From an uncultured Gemmatimonadales bacterium (GTDB lineage: Bacteria > Gemmatimonadota > Gemmatimonadetes > Gemmatimonadales > GWC2-71-9), in assembly GCA_963825055.1 (NCBI GenBank), contig CAWGSK010000034.1, positions 32,001 through 96,000 on the forward strand: a DNA stretch of 64,000 bases, in the 5' to 3' direction. This document shows positions 46,631 to 56,580 of the stretch, piece by piece; position 1 is the stretch's first letter; each line of letters opens with the position of its first letter. The notes under the pieces were generated by a model. It saw only the letters and a list, made by a program, of their open reading frames with translations. It made no database searches and was not told the DNA's origin. The position numbers and the translations under genes are program-made.

Positions 46631-47241
46631 CGGCACGCAATTTAGCCGCGGTACTCCGGCTCATGCTGGTGACCGACGACGGCCTGCTCGCGGGACGGGA
46701 CCCCGTGGCGGTCGCCCGGGCCGCCGTCCTGGGCGGCGTGACATCCGTGCAGGTGCGGCTCAAGGAATGCCCGCCGCGTGAACTCTGTCGTGTCGTGCGC
46801 CGGATGGTGGCCGCCCTCACCGTGCCCGTGTTCGTGAACGACCGCCTCGACGTGGCGATTGCCGCCGGGGCCGCCGGTGTCCACCTCGGTCCGGACGATG
46901 TCCCGGTTGCCCTGGCGCGGCGGATCACGCCTCCCGGATTCCTGCTCGGGGCCAGCGTGGGGACACTCACCGAGGTTGCGGGCGGCGCAGGCGCGGACTA
47001 CTGGGGCATCGGCCCCTGGCGCGCGACCGGGACCAAGCAGGACGCCGGCAGCGCGCTCGGCGCGGATGGGGTACGGGCGATCCTGTCGCTGCCCTCCGCG
47101 CCACCCGGCGTGGTGATCGGCGGCGTGCGTCCGGAGGACGTGCCGGAGATACGCGCGCTGGGTGCGGCCGGGGTTGCCGTGGTGAGCGGGATACTGGCCG
47201 GCGAGGACGTGGAGGCGAGGGCGGGGGAGTATCGGGAGTAG
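46624..47241 (+). CDS. thiE: Thiamine phosphate synthase
   Basis: 'VQVRLK', 'VNDRLDVA', 'GVHLGPDD', 'T.TKQDA', 'IGGV', 'AVVSGI'. Confidence 0.92.
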   Translation: MTSARNLAAVLRLMLVTDDGLLAGRDPVAVARAAVLGGVTSVQVRLKECPPRELCRVVRRMVAALTVPVFVNDRLDVAIAAGAAGVHLGPDDVPVALARRITPPGFLLGASVGTLTEVAGGAGADYWGIGPWRATGTKQDAGSALGADGVRAILSLPSAPPGVVIGGVRPEDVPEIRALGAAGVAVVSGILAGEDVEARAGEYRE

Positions 47242-47271
47242 GGAGTAGGGAGTCGTTGAGTGGTAAGTAGC
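47233..47271. repeat. Short degenerate heptamer repeat (GGGAGTA-like)
   Basis: CGGGAGTAGGGAGTAGGGAGTCG...GAGTGGTAAGTAG. Confidence 0.55.
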
Positions 47272-47280
47272 TAACTTCGG

Positions 47281-47388
47281 TCCGCCCTGTCCGCCCTGTC
47301 CGCCCTGTCCGCCCTGTCCGCCCTGTCCGCCCTGTCCGCCCTGTCCGCCCTGTCCGCCCGGTCCGCCCTGTCCGCCCTGTCCGCCCTC
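47281..47388. repeat. Tandem 9-mer (TCCGCCCTG)x12
   Basis: 12 units counted, two with a single variant base; abuts the mltG stop codon. Confidence 0.97.
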
Positions 47389-48417
47389 TCAGTTCATCAC
47401 CAGCGAGTCCGGCACCGCGGAATCAGGTACCGTCCGCGGGGGCGCCTTTTTCATGGCCCGGGCCCTCGCGATGGCGGCGAGGTGCTGCTGGTAAGTCCGG
47501 CTGAAATCGTGGCGTCCACCCTCGGTTGCGACGAAGTACAGGTACGGCACCTTCTTCGGATAGAGCGCCGCCTCGATGCTGGCGAGGCCGGGGGAAGCGA
47601 TCGGTCCCGGCGGGAGTCCGGGGTTCAGGTAGGTGTTGTACGGGCTTGGCGTGCGATAGTCGCGCACGAAGAGCCGGGCCTTCCGCTCCCCGGTGCGCTG
47701 CTGGATGGCATACTGGACCGTGGGGTCGGCCTGAAGCGCCATCCCGATCCTGAGACGGTTGTGATAGACCCCGGCGATGACCGGGCGTTCCGAGTCGTGG
47801 ATCGCCTCTCCCTCCACGATCGACGCCAGGGTGACGATCTCCCGTCGCGACATGTGCAGCGTGTCGAGCCGGGCCGTCCACTCCGGCTTCCAGGCACGGA
47901 GAAAGCCATCAACCATGGTCCCGACCACCTGTCGGGCCACGACGTCCACCGGGAACTGGTATGTGTCGGGCAGGAGGAACCCCTCGACGGAAGGCGCGGC
48001 GATGCCCAGCAGGCCGGTGATCTCCGGGTCGCGGGCGGCAGCCATGAACGAATCGGGGCTGACCTGGAGCTCTTTCGCCGCCAGTTCCGCCACGTCCTGC
48101 AGCGTCAAACCCTCCGGCACGGTGAGGCGAAGAGTGAGCACCCTCCCCTCCCGGAGGCCGTTCAGTACCTGCCAGGCCGAACTCCCCGGGGTGAACTCAT
48201 AGATTCCCGCCTGCACCTCACGATCGATCCGCCGGACCCGGGCGAGGAGGTTGAACCAGGTGCGGTGGGTGACGATGTCGTGTGCGACCAGGCTGTCAGT
48301 AATCTGGCGGAAGGAGGCGCCCTTCGGGACAGTCACCCGCTCCGGGGTGCCGCCGGGACTCCCGCCGCACGCGGCGGCCAGGATGATCACGGGAAGCGCG
48401 CGGCGGAGCACCCTCAC
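47389..48417 (-). CDS. mltG: Endolytic transglycosylase MltG
   Basis: 'TVPEG', 'EGFLLPDTY', 'LASIVEGE', 'LQADPTV', 'SPYNTY..PGLPPGPI'. Confidence 0.95.
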   Translation of the reverse strand: MRVLRRALPVIILAAACGGSPGGTPERVTVPKGASFRQITDSLVAHDIVTHRTWFNLLARVRRIDREVQAGIYEFTPGSSAWQVLNGLREGRVLTLRLTVPEGLTLQDVAELAAKELQVSPDSFMAAARDPEITGLLGIAAPSVEGFLLPDTYQFPVDVVARQVVGTMVDGFLRAWKPEWTARLDTLHMSRREIVTLASIVEGEAIHDSERPVIAGVYHNRLRIGMALQADPTVQYAIQQRTGERKARLFVRDYRTPSPYNTYLNPGLPPGPIASPGLASIEAALYPKKVPYLYFVATEGGRHDFSRTYQQHLAAIARARAMKKAPPRTVPDSAVPDSLVMN

Positions 48418-48884
48418 GCGCCGCTCCGCCGCGCGTCCATCACCTGCTGCAGAAGCACGGCCGCGGCGAGCGCGTCCACCTCCTCGCGACGGCCGCGCAC
48501 CGACCCTCCCTGTTCGCGGATGGCGCCGAGGGCGCGGGCGGTGGTGAAGCGCTCGTCGGCGAGCACCACCGGCAATCCCGTCCGCCGCCTGATGGTGTCT
48601 GCCAGGGTCCGGACCTCGGCCACCTTGGCGCCCTCCGTGCCGTCAGGTTCCAGGGGGAGGCCGATGATGACCGCCGCTGGCGCGAGCCGGCCGACGATTT
48701 CCAGGAAGGCCGGCATGGGGAAGCGCTTGCCGCGCCGCCGGGTGAGCGTGGTGACGGGGGAGGCGATGATCTGCATCTCGTCGCTGGCGGCGACGCCGAA
48801 CCGCACCTCGCCCCAGTCCAGGGCGAGCAGGCGGCCGGACACGGGGAGGGGCGTGCTGGAATCCATCGGGGCGGCCCGCGCCAT
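48414..48884 (-). CDS. ruvX: Pre-16S rRNA nuclease / Holliday junction resolvase-like RuvX (YqgF)
   Basis: 'LALDWG..RFGVA.SD', 'GLP', 'DERFTT', 'VDALAA..LLQ'. Confidence 0.93.
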   Translation of the reverse strand: MARAAPMDSSTPLPVSGRLLALDWGEVRFGVAASDEMQIIASPVTTLTRRRGKRFPMPAFLEIVGRLAPAAVIIGLPLEPDGTEGAKVAEVRTLADTIRRRTGLPVVLADERFTTARALGAIREQGGSVRGRREEVDALAAAVLLQQVMDARRSGA

Positions 48885-48892
48885 GGCTCGGG

Positions 48893-50140
48893 CTACTGCG
48901 CCATGGTCGCGAAGAATTCCTTGTTGTTCTTGGTGCGCTTCATCCGCTCGAGCAGGAACTCCAGCGCCTCGACCGGCGGCATGTCGGCCAGGAAGTTCCG
49001 CAGCAGGTAGATGCGGTTGAGCTCGTCCTTGTCCATGAGGAGCTCTTCCTTCCGCGTGCTGGTGCGCTGGATGTCGATGGCGGGGTAGATGCGCCGGTCG
49101 GCGAGGCGGCGGTCGAGCACCAGCTCCATGTTGCCGGTGCCCTTGAACTCCTCGAAGATGACCTCGTCCATCCGGCTGCCGGTGTCGATCAGGGCTGTCG
49201 CGATGATGGTGAGGCTGCCCCCGCCGTCAATGTTCCGGGCGGCCCCGAAGAACCGCTTCGGCTTCTGGAGCGCGTTGGCGTCGACACCGCCGGAGAGGAT
49301 CTTGCCGGAGTGGGGGACGACGACGTTGTGTGCGCGGGCAAGCCGGGTGATGGAGTCCAGCAGGATGACAACGTCGCGACCGTGCTCCACCAGGCGTTTT
49401 GACTTCTCGATGACCATGTCAGCCACCTGGACGTGCCGGTCCGCCGGCTCGTCGAACGTCGAGCTGATCACCTCGGCCTCGACGTTTTCCTGCATGTCGG
49501 TGACTTCCTCCGGCCGCTCGTCGATCAGCAGGACGATGAGCACGACGTCCGGGTTGTTCTCGCTGATGGCGTTCGCGAGTTTCTGGAGGAGGATGGTCTT
49601 GCCGGCCTTCGGCGGGGCGACGATCAGCCCGCGCTGGCCCCGGCCGATGGGGGAGAGCAGGTCCACGACCCGCATCGAGAGGTCACCGTTCTTCCGCTCC
49701 AGCCGCAGGCGGGCGTCGGGGTACCGCGGCTTGAGGTTGTCGAATGCGATCCGGTGCTTGGTCTTCTCCGGCTCCTCAAAGTTGACGCTCTCGACTTTGA
49801 GCAGCGCGAGGTAGCGCTCGCCCTCCTTGGGCGGACGAACCTGGCCGCTGACTGTGTCACCGGTGCGCAGGTCGAAGCGCTTGATCTGGCTCGGGCTCAC
49901 GTAGATGTCGTCGGGCCCGTACAGGTAGTTCCAGTCCTGGCTGCGCAGGAACCCATAGCCTTCAGGGAGGATCTCGAGCACGCCCTCCCCACGAATCACC
50001 GTATCCGCGTCGAGCAGGGATTGCTCGATACGAAAGATCAGGTCCTGCTTGCGGAGCCCGGAGTAGTTGGTGATGTTCAACTGCTCCGCAAGCTCGTGCA
50101 GCTCGGCGACCGATTTCTGTTTCAGCTCAGCGATGTCCAC
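48893..50140 (-). CDS. rho: Transcription termination factor Rho
   Basis: 'GYGFLRS', '[10 protein letters not shown]', 'APPKAGKT', 'DERPEEVTD'; GTG start. Confidence 0.98.
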   Translation of the reverse strand: MDIAELKQKSVAELHELAEQLNITNYSGLRKQDLIFRIEQSLLDADTVIRGEGVLEILPEGYGFLRSQDWNYLYGPDDIYVSPSQIKRFDLRTGDTVSGQVRPPKEGERYLALLKVESVNFEEPEKTKHRIAFDNLKPRYPDARLRLERKNGDLSMRVVDLLSPIGRGQRGLIVAPPKAGKTILLQKLANAISENNPDVVLIVLLIDERPEEVTDMQENVEAEVISSTFDEPADRHVQVADMVIEKSKRLVEHGRDVVILLDSITRLARAHNVVVPHSGKILSGGVDANALQKPKRFFGAARNIDGGGSLTIIATALIDTGSRMDEVIFEEFKGTGNMELVLDRRLADRRIYPAIDIQRTSTRKEELLMDKDELNRIYLLRNFLADMPPVEALEFLLERMKRTKNNKEFFATMAQ

Positions 50141-50344
50141 GGGGAGACGGCTCCATGCGGGGAAGGTCCGCCGGCCGGGCGGGGCACCCATGTGCCGCGC
50201 GGAAGCGGCGGCCGGATCGGATTACGTTGGTCAGATTTGCGAGGGCCCGTGTACGGGACCGGGTATTCGGATTGGCCGGGGAGTCCAGGGGTAAAGGAAG
50301 CACTGCATGATAGAACGCGCCGGAGACACCGTCAAGAGGGCACC

Positions 50345-51475
50345 GTGCAGGACCTGATCCCGGCCTTCAGGGCCTGGCGGACGGTTCAGGCCGGTTCCCG
50401 GGAAGTGATTGACGCGATCGTCGCCCCGGAGCACCGGGGGCCTTCCCCGGAACTGGCCCGGGCCCTCAAGTCGTGGCGGGGCGCGTGGTACTGGCCCCGC
50501 CCTGACCGGAGCCACCTGATCCTGATCCGGGAGACCGGGGCACGCCGACGGGAGCGCTGGGGACTGCACCTGGCGCTTTTCCTCATCACTATCAGTACGA
50601 TGCTCGGGGCGGGCGCGGCGCTGGCCGGCAGCTGGACCCCGCCGCCCAGCTTCGGCCTGCTGGGGCTGCTCCAGTCGGCCGGGCAGTTCTTCGTGGACAC
50701 GGCGACCGGCGGATGGCGCCAGCTCATCCCCGGCTGGTCCTTCGCCATTCCGCTGCTCGTCATCCTGCTGATTCATGAGCTGGGCCACTACTTCGCGGCG
50801 CGGCGCTACGAAATCGACACCTCGCCGCCCTTCTTCCTCCCCTTTCCACCAACGCTCTCGCCCATCGGAAGCCTCGGGGCCTTCATCCGACTCCGGAGTC
50901 CGGTGCTCGACCGCCGCCAGTTGCTCGACGTGGGTGCCGCGGGACCGCTGGCCGGGTTCGTCGCCGCCTTTGCGGTGCTGGTCTGGGGGTACTCCACCAG
51001 CGCCGCCGTCCCCGCCGGCATCGGGACCGCGCACACCTTCGTCTCCTTCGCCGGCACCACGCTGGCCCTGGGTGACTCCCTCCTCACCGACGCCTTCCGG
51101 GACTTCTTCTTTCCCGGCGCGGGTGCGGTGCACCTGAGCCTTCCGGCCTTCGCAGGCTGGGTCGGGATGTTCGTGACCGGCCTCAACCTCATTCCCCTGA
51201 GCCAGCTCGACGGCGGCCACGTGCTGTACGGGCTGCTGGGCCGCAAGCAGGCGGTGATCGGGTTCCTCGCCATCCTGGGCCTGGTCTACCTCGGGCAGTA
51301 TCACTGGACCTGGTATGCCTGGGTCGTCCTGGCCCTGCTGGTGGGCGGCGGCCGGTGGACGCACCCGGCCGTTGTGGCACCCAGGCGGGCGGTCCCCCGG
51401 AGCCGCCACGTGGTGGGCTGGCTCTGCGTGGTGATCTTCATTCTCACCTTCGTGGCCGTGCCCTTCAGCCTGTAG
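50345..51475 (+). CDS. Site-2 protease (M50)
   Basis: 'HELGH', 'AGPLAG', 'LNLIP..QLDGGH'. Confidence 0.92.
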   Translation: MQDLIPAFRAWRTVQAGSREVIDAIVAPEHRGPSPELARALKSWRGAWYWPRPDRSHLILIRETGARRRERWGLHLALFLITISTMLGAGAALAGSWTPPPSFGLLGLLQSAGQFFVDTATGGWRQLIPGWSFAIPLLVILLIHELGHYFAARRYEIDTSPPFFLPFPPTLSPIGSLGAFIRLRSPVLDRRQLLDVGAAGPLAGFVAAFAVLVWGYSTSAAVPAGIGTAHTFVSFAGTTLALGDSLLTDAFRDFFFPGAGAVHLSLPAFAGWVGMFVTGLNLIPLSQLDGGHVLYGLLGRKQAVIGFLAILGLVYLGQYHWTWYAWVVLALLVGGGRWTHPAVVAPRRAVPRSRHVVGWLCVVIFILTFVAVPFSL

Positions 51476-51565
51476 TCGCGCGTGATCGTATTGCGCCAGC
51501 CAAGGTATTTATTATCTTGGACTTACCCGATTCGGCAGCGTGTCCTTCCGCACCGAGGATCATGC

Positions 51566-51856
51566 ATGACCGTTCAGAGCCTTCGGCACTTTGGTAATGA
51601 TCCCCGCGAACCCGCCGTTCATGAACTGACCCCCTTCCGCTTCGAGGGGGCCATGATTGCAACGCGGCTGTGTGTGCGGCATGCCGAGGACGGCGTCTGG
51701 CGGGGTCGCCTGCTGTTTGGTGGTGGCGGGGAGAACGAGGCTGTGGAATGCGAGACCGCGGAGATCTTCTGCGCGACCACGCAGCAGGACCTCTGGCACG
51801 CGGTGCACAACCTCCGCGAGCACCACCTCCGGGATCTGTACCGGTCCCTTCTCTGA
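51566..51856 (+). CDS. Hypothetical protein (96 aa)
   Basis: GAGGA RBS; 'DGVWRGRLLF', 'ETAEIF', 'LRDLYRSLL'. Confidence 0.75.
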   Translation: MTVQSLRHFGNDPREPAVHELTPFRFEGAMIATRLCVRHAEDGVWRGRLLFGGGGENEAVECETAEIFCATTQQDLWHAVHNLREHHLRDLYRSLL

Positions 51857-51868
51857 TGCCATGCGCCC

Positions 51869-52051
51869 ATGACTGAACTCGACCGCATCAACAAGCTGCG
51901 CCACGACCTTGCCAATCCGCTGTCCGCCCTGCTCGCCGAGACCCAGTTGCTGCTGCTGAACGAGGCGGAACTCGACGCCGAGACCGTCACCAGCCTCCGC
52001 GAGATGGAGGCGCTGGCCGTGCGCATGCGCACGATCCTGCGCGAACCGTAG
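51869..52051 (+). CDS. Stand-alone HisKA (DHp) domain mini-protein, 60 aa
   Basis: H-box 'LRHDLANPLSALL' plus a second helix; no ATPase domain. Confidence 0.82.
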   Translation: MTELDRINKLRHDLANPLSALLAETQLLLLNEAELDAETVTSLREMEALAVRMRTILREP

Positions 52052-52059
52052 GATACCGG

Positions 52060-53826
52060 TTACTCAACACCCGACCGCAGCGCCGCCGCACCGTTTGCCA
52101 GATACAGGACCAGAAAGACCAGGCTGGCCGCCCCGACCGCGAGGCGGTAGGCCACCGAGCCGGTGCCCGCTGAAACGAATCCCTCGATCACTCCCGCAAC
52201 AAGCAGCATGACCGCGACCGCCCCGATCATCCGGAGCGCCTGTCGTCCGTTCACGACCAGGGCTTCCCCGCGCGAGAGCCGGCCGGGTGCGATCAGGGCG
52301 ATCCCCAGCAGGTATCCGGCGGCTCCCGCGACGCAGATGGCGAAGAGCTCCAGGGTCCCGTGACCCGCGATGAACGTGCCGAGGTACCCGGCGAGTCCCG
52401 CGTTCGCGAAGTGGCCGTAGGTGGCACCGATGGAGAGGCCGTTGAACGCCAGCATGACCAGCGCGCCGATGCCCGCCAGGATGCCGCCGGCAAAACAGAG
52501 GAACGCCACGCGGATGTTGTTACCGATGATGTAGCCCGCCATCGCCGGGCGCTCCCCGGCGGATGCCTCGTAGTAGCCCCGGCCCTCCGCCTGCCGTGCC
52601 GCCCCTGCCTCCGCCCGCCGGAGCATGCTCTCGGGCAGGACCTGCTCGGCGAGGGACGGGTCCTCCCGGATAACCACGACGCCTGCCACCAGCGGTGCGC
52701 CGAAGGTGAGGCATGCCACCAGCACCAGACCCCGCGCCTGCACGACGGCGGCCGGACACTCCCGCATCAGCACGTGCCAGATGCGCCCCGCGGTCGTGCG
52801 CTGGTCCCGGTACAGCGCGTTGTGTCCGGCGGCCACGAGGCGCTCGAGGCGGGAAATCGTCAGGGGTGGGGCGTGGTACGTCCGGGCCCGCGCGAGGTCG
52901 GCCGCGACTTCCCGGTAGCGGGCCGCGAACTCCGGCAGCTCGGCTGCCGCGAACCGGTCGAGCCCGTCACGCGTCGCCCGGTCCGCCAGGCGCTGGAATT
53001 CCTCCCAACGGTCCATCTTCCGGGCAGTGAAGCGTTCGGCCACGCCCCCACCGCGTGCGGCGGGAGCGAACCGGCTGCGGCGACGGGCCCGCTCGAGGGT
53101 GAAGAGCTCGGCGAGTGCCAGCGTCGGGTCGGCGGTGCGGGGTGTGAACCGGCCGGCGAAGCGGGGAAGGAGGCGGGCTGCCAGGGCCTGCCGTACGTCC
53201 GGCAGCAGCTCGGCGCTGCGCTCGGCGAATTCCCGCACCAGCCGGAACTCGTCCTCGCTGAGCTCCGGCGCGCCATGGTCCACCGCCTCCTCGGCGGCGA
53301 GGGCCGTATCCGTCACGCCGGACGTGTCGAAGGGCCGGTCACGGACCACCATCGTGCCGGCCGCGAGGTCGCCCAGCCGCTTCGCCTGCCGGTGCGTTGC
53401 GACCAGGACGGCGTCGAGAAGGAGGGTGGGGGGAAAGAGGTCGAGGGCCCGGAGGAGATTCCGCACGACCGCCGCGCCGAACGTGACCGGATGACCGGTG
53501 GACTGCACCACGCGAATGCCGAGACGCCGCTTGCCGGGCGTCTGGCCCTGGCGCAGTCCCTCGAACAGGGCGAAGTACCCCCAGAACCCCAGCACGGTCA
53601 CGAGGGACAGCACGGCCTCAACCCAGGAGTTGTGGAGGAGGTTGCCGATTCCCATGACGACGAGCACGGCGAGGATCCACAATGCCATCACCAGCATGTC
53701 GAAGAGCGATGCAAGCAGGCGCGAGCCGAGGCCGGCGACCTCGAAATCGAGGACGACGTGCTCCGGTGTCTCCACCTCCAGGTGCTGCCGGTACGCAGCG
53801 AGCGGTGCGATCCCCGTCGGGTCCAT
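52060..53826 (-). CDS. RDD domain - SpoIIM fusion membrane protein
   Basis: 'ETPEHV..LGSRLLA..D', 'GQTPGKR', 'RLGDLAAGT'; 'NNIRVAF', 'HGTLEL', 'AGVIEGFVS'. Confidence 0.9.
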   Translation of the reverse strand: MDPTGIAPLAAYRQHLEVETPEHVVLDFEVAGLGSRLLASLFDMLVMALWILAVLVVMGIGNLLHNSWVEAVLSLVTVLGFWGYFALFEGLRQGQTPGKRRLGIRVVQSTGHPVTFGAAVVRNLLRALDLFPPTLLLDAVLVATHRQAKRLGDLAAGTMVVRDRPFDTSGVTDTALAAEEAVDHGAPELSEDEFRLVREFAERSAELLPDVRQALAARLLPRFAGRFTPRTADPTLALAELFTLERARRRSRFAPAARGGGVAERFTARKMDRWEEFQRLADRATRDGLDRFAAAELPEFAARYREVAADLARARTYHAPPLTISRLERLVAAGHNALYRDQRTTAGRIWHVLMRECPAAVVQARGLVLVACLTFGAPLVAGVVVIREDPSLAEQVLPESMLRRAEAGAARQAEGRGYYEASAGERPAMAGYIIGNNIRVAFLCFAGGILAGIGALVMLAFNGLSIGATYGHFANAGLAGYLGTFIAGHGTLELFAICVAGAAGYLLGIALIAPGRLSRGEALVVNGRQALRMIGAVAVMLLVAGVIEGFVSAGTGSVAYRLAVGAASLVFLVLYLANGAAALRSGVE

Positions 53827-53947
53827 GCCGGATTCTATCGCGCGTCAGAGGCGACGGTAAGGGTGGTGGCTCTTGCGCGCCCGCGGGCCCACCGGCAAAC
53901 TCAGGTCGGCCCGTCCCCGGCTCACCTCTCCGCAAGGAGCCATTCGC

Positions 53948-54721
53948 ATGGCGCAGCTGACCCTCCGGCCGCTCTCCATCGGTGAAATCCTCGACCTGGC
54001 ATTCACGCTGTACCGCCGCCAGTTCGTCACCCTCTTGTCCATCGCCGTTGTCACCACCGGCCTCCCGCTCATCCTCCAGGTTTACATCCTGTCCGCCGGG
54101 GGATACCTCTATCACCTCGGCATCTCGCTCGCCTATGTGCTGCTGTCGGTGGCGATGAGCGCGCTGGCCACGGCCGCCACGGTCTTCGTGGTCAGCGAGA
54201 GTTACCTGGGCCGGGCCCTTGATGTCGGCGCGGCGTTCGGGCGTGCGCTCCCGCTGCTTGGCCGCGTGGTCCTGACCAGCCTGGCGTTCTCGCTCCTCGT
54301 CGGGCTGGGCGCGATGCTCTTCATCGTCCCCGGCATCATCCTCGCCTGCGGTCTCGGGCTGGCCTTCGTGGTAGTCGTGGTCGAAGGTGCCTCCACCGGA
54401 GAGGCGCTGTCGCGCTCCTGGGCCCTGACCAGGGACTACAAGGGCAAGATGTTCCTGCTCCTTCTCGCCGTCTGGTTCATCATCCTGCTGCCCACGATCA
54501 CAGTCGGGGCCATCGCGGGCCTGGCGATGACCCAGGATCCGCTCACGGCCGGCGACGCGACCGCCGGTGTGCTCGTGGCGGTGGTTGCCGGGCTGGCGCA
54601 GATCGTGGTGTATCCGCTTCTCTACTGCTCCCTGACCGTCGCCTACTACGACCTGCGCGTGCGGAAGGAAGCCTTCGACCTCGAGGTGCTCGAGTCGGCC
54701 CTGCAGCGGGTGGGCGTCTGA
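53948..54721 (+). CDS. Membrane protein (GPDPase membrane-domain-like)
   Basis: AGGAG RBS; 'LRPLSIGEILD.AF.LYR'; 'YYDLRVRKEAFDLE'. Confidence 0.8.
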   Translation: MAQLTLRPLSIGEILDLAFTLYRRQFVTLLSIAVVTTGLPLILQVYILSAGGYLYHLGISLAYVLLSVAMSALATAATVFVVSESYLGRALDVGAAFGRALPLLGRVVLTSLAFSLLVGLGAMLFIVPGIILACGLGLAFVVVVVEGASTGEALSRSWALTRDYKGKMFLLLLAVWFIILLPTITVGAIAGLAMTQDPLTAGDATAGVLVAVVAGLAQIVVYPLLYCSLTVAYYDLRVRKEAFDLEVLESALQRVGV

Positions 54722-54740
54722 CCGGGCCGGGATTGCACGG

Positions 54741-55370
54741 ATGATCCAGGGTCCCCTGAGCGGGATCGGTGACGATTCCCTGCGGACCGTCATCGATACC
54801 GTGTTCTCCGGGCGTGCCTACGACTGGGTGGAGCCCCCGCGGCCCCTCGCATGGCTCACCCGGACCTGGAACCGGCTCGTGGACTGGATCTTCGGGCTCC
54901 GTGAGGTCAATCCCGTCGCCTACCAGTGGTTGCTGTGGGGGCTCGTCGCCGTGCTGGTTCTGGTATTTGTCCACGGCGGCTACGTCCTGTATCAGACCAT
55001 CCGCGGTGCCGGGGCGCGCGAGGGCGGGCGGGAGCCGGGGGCCGTGCTCGAGGTGCGGGACGAGGCGTGGTATCGCGGGGAAGCCCGGCGTCACGCGGCG
55101 GCGGGACACTACCCCGAGGCGATGCAGGCGGCGTTTCAGTCCCTGATGCAGCGCCTCGAGGCGCGCGGGGCCGTTCGGACTGACCCCTCACGTACCGCGC
55201 GCGAGTACCTGTCCGTGGTGGCGCTCCCCGACGATGAGCGCCGGCGGCTCGCCGGCCTGGTCGGTACGCTGTACGCCTGCGCCTATGCGGGACATCCCTG
55301 CGATGCCGAGACGTATCGCCGGTGGGACGACGAGGCCTTCGGGGCACCGTGGCATGCGACCGCGCACTGA
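54741..55370 (+). CDS. DUF4129-like protein
   Basis: Single TM, then 'A..G.Y.EA', 'SRTAREY', 'YAG'; MoxR cluster context. Confidence 0.75.
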   Translation: MIQGPLSGIGDDSLRTVIDTVFSGRAYDWVEPPRPLAWLTRTWNRLVDWIFGLREVNPVAYQWLLWGLVAVLVLVFVHGGYVLYQTIRGAGAREGGREPGAVLEVRDEAWYRGEARRHAAAGHYPEAMQAAFQSLMQRLEARGAVRTDPSRTAREYLSVVALPDDERRRLAGLVGTLYACAYAGHPCDAETYRRWDDEAFGAPWHATAH

Positions 55371-56580
55371 AGTCGGGCTGGCCGTCGCGGGACTCGCGGT
55401 CGTCGCGATTCTCGCCGGCCTGGCCGGGGCTGACCGGAACCGCGCGGCCCCGCCGGACAGCCGTCGGAGCAGTTACCTCGCGGGCCCCGAGGGCATCCGG
55501 GGGTATGCGGACGCACTGGAGCGCCTCGGGGTGGACGTGGAGCGCACGCGCTCCAGGCCTGCCCGGCTGAATGCCATGCTGGGTGATGGTGAGATCCCGC
55601 TGCTTGTCATTCTCGATCCAGCGGTGCCGCTCGACCTCGCCGAAGGGGCGACACTGCTCGATTTCACCAGGGAAACCGGCGACCTGCTCCTGGCCGGACC
55701 TGCGGCCGGCGCGGCGATGGCCTGCTTCGGGTATGCGGTGGACCTCCGCAGCCCGGACAGCGTCCCGCTCTACGAGCCCGGCGGACAGCGCATAGTCGGA
55801 TGGGGCCGGGACATGGTGCTGGCGAGATTGAACGATTCCGTGGCCGTCGACTCGTCGGCGCGTTCCGCGGGAGTGGACGCCCGCTGTCTCGTGCCGCCGG
55901 TGGACACGGTCGATACACTGCTGGTCACCTCCGGGGGCCGCACGGTCGCGCTCGCGCTGAGCGTGGACGGCGGTCTGACCGAGGTTGTCCTGGTGGCTGA
56001 CGGGAGCCTCTTCAGCAATCGTCGCCTTCGCGCCGACGATGCGCTGGGGCCGTTCCTGCTCCGGCTTGCCGACCGGCCGCGGGTGGTATTCGACGAGTTC
56101 CACCAGGGGTTTACGGCGGGTGGGTCACTGGCGGGAGCCGTTCTGGCCTGGAGCGGCCGCTCGCCGCTCGGCTGGCTGGGATGGCAACTCGCCGTGACCG
56201 GCCTGCTCGCGATGCTGGCCGCCGCCATCCGCTTCGGTCCGGTGTGGCACGTCATCGTGCGGCGGCGACGTTCGCCGATCGAACATGTGCAGGCCCTGGC
56301 GACGGCGCTGGCTTCCGCCCGGGGAAGCGGCGTCGCGGTCGGGCTCATGGTCCGGGGCCTGCGACGGCGCCTGTCCGCTGCCGGTCACGTCGAGCGCGGC
56401 AGTGCCGCGGAATGGCTTGACCAGATCGCCGATCACGTCCGAAGCCGGTCCGCGCGGGACGCGGTGGCCGCGCTCCAATCACTCATGCAGGACCCGCCCG
56501 CGCCGGACGGCGTGCTGCGGGCCGCTCACGCCGTGGAGGATGTGTGGCAGGATCTCAGCCAGTCAGCCCCGAGGAAATAG
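55354..56580 (+). CDS. DUF4350-like protein
   Basis: 'SSY..GPEG', 'LFSNRRL', 'FDEFHQG', 'RFGP'; MoxR cluster context. Confidence 0.75.
   Translation: MRPRTEVGLAVAGLAVVAILAGLAGADRNRAAPPDSRRSSYLAGPEGIRGYADALERLGVDVERTRSRPARLNAMLGDGEIPLLVILDPAVPLDLAEGATLLDFTRETGDLLLAGPAAGAAMACFGYAVDLRSPDSVPLYEPGGQRIVGWGRDMVLARLNDSVAVDSSARSAGVDARCLVPPVDTVDTLLVTSGGRTVALALSVDGGLTEVVLVADGSLFSNRRLRADDALGPFLLRLADRPRVVFDEFHQGFTAGGSLAGAVLAWSGRSPLGWLGWQLAVTGLLAMLAAAIRFGPVWHVIVRRRRSPIEHVQALATALASARGSGVAVGLMVRGLRRRLSAAGHVERGSAAEWLDQIADHVRSRSARDAVAALQSLMQDPPAPDGVLRAAHAVEDVWQDLSQSAPRK

Noticed and set aside
47281..47388. CRISPR array
   Set aside because: Contiguous 9-bp units with no spacers and no cas genes.
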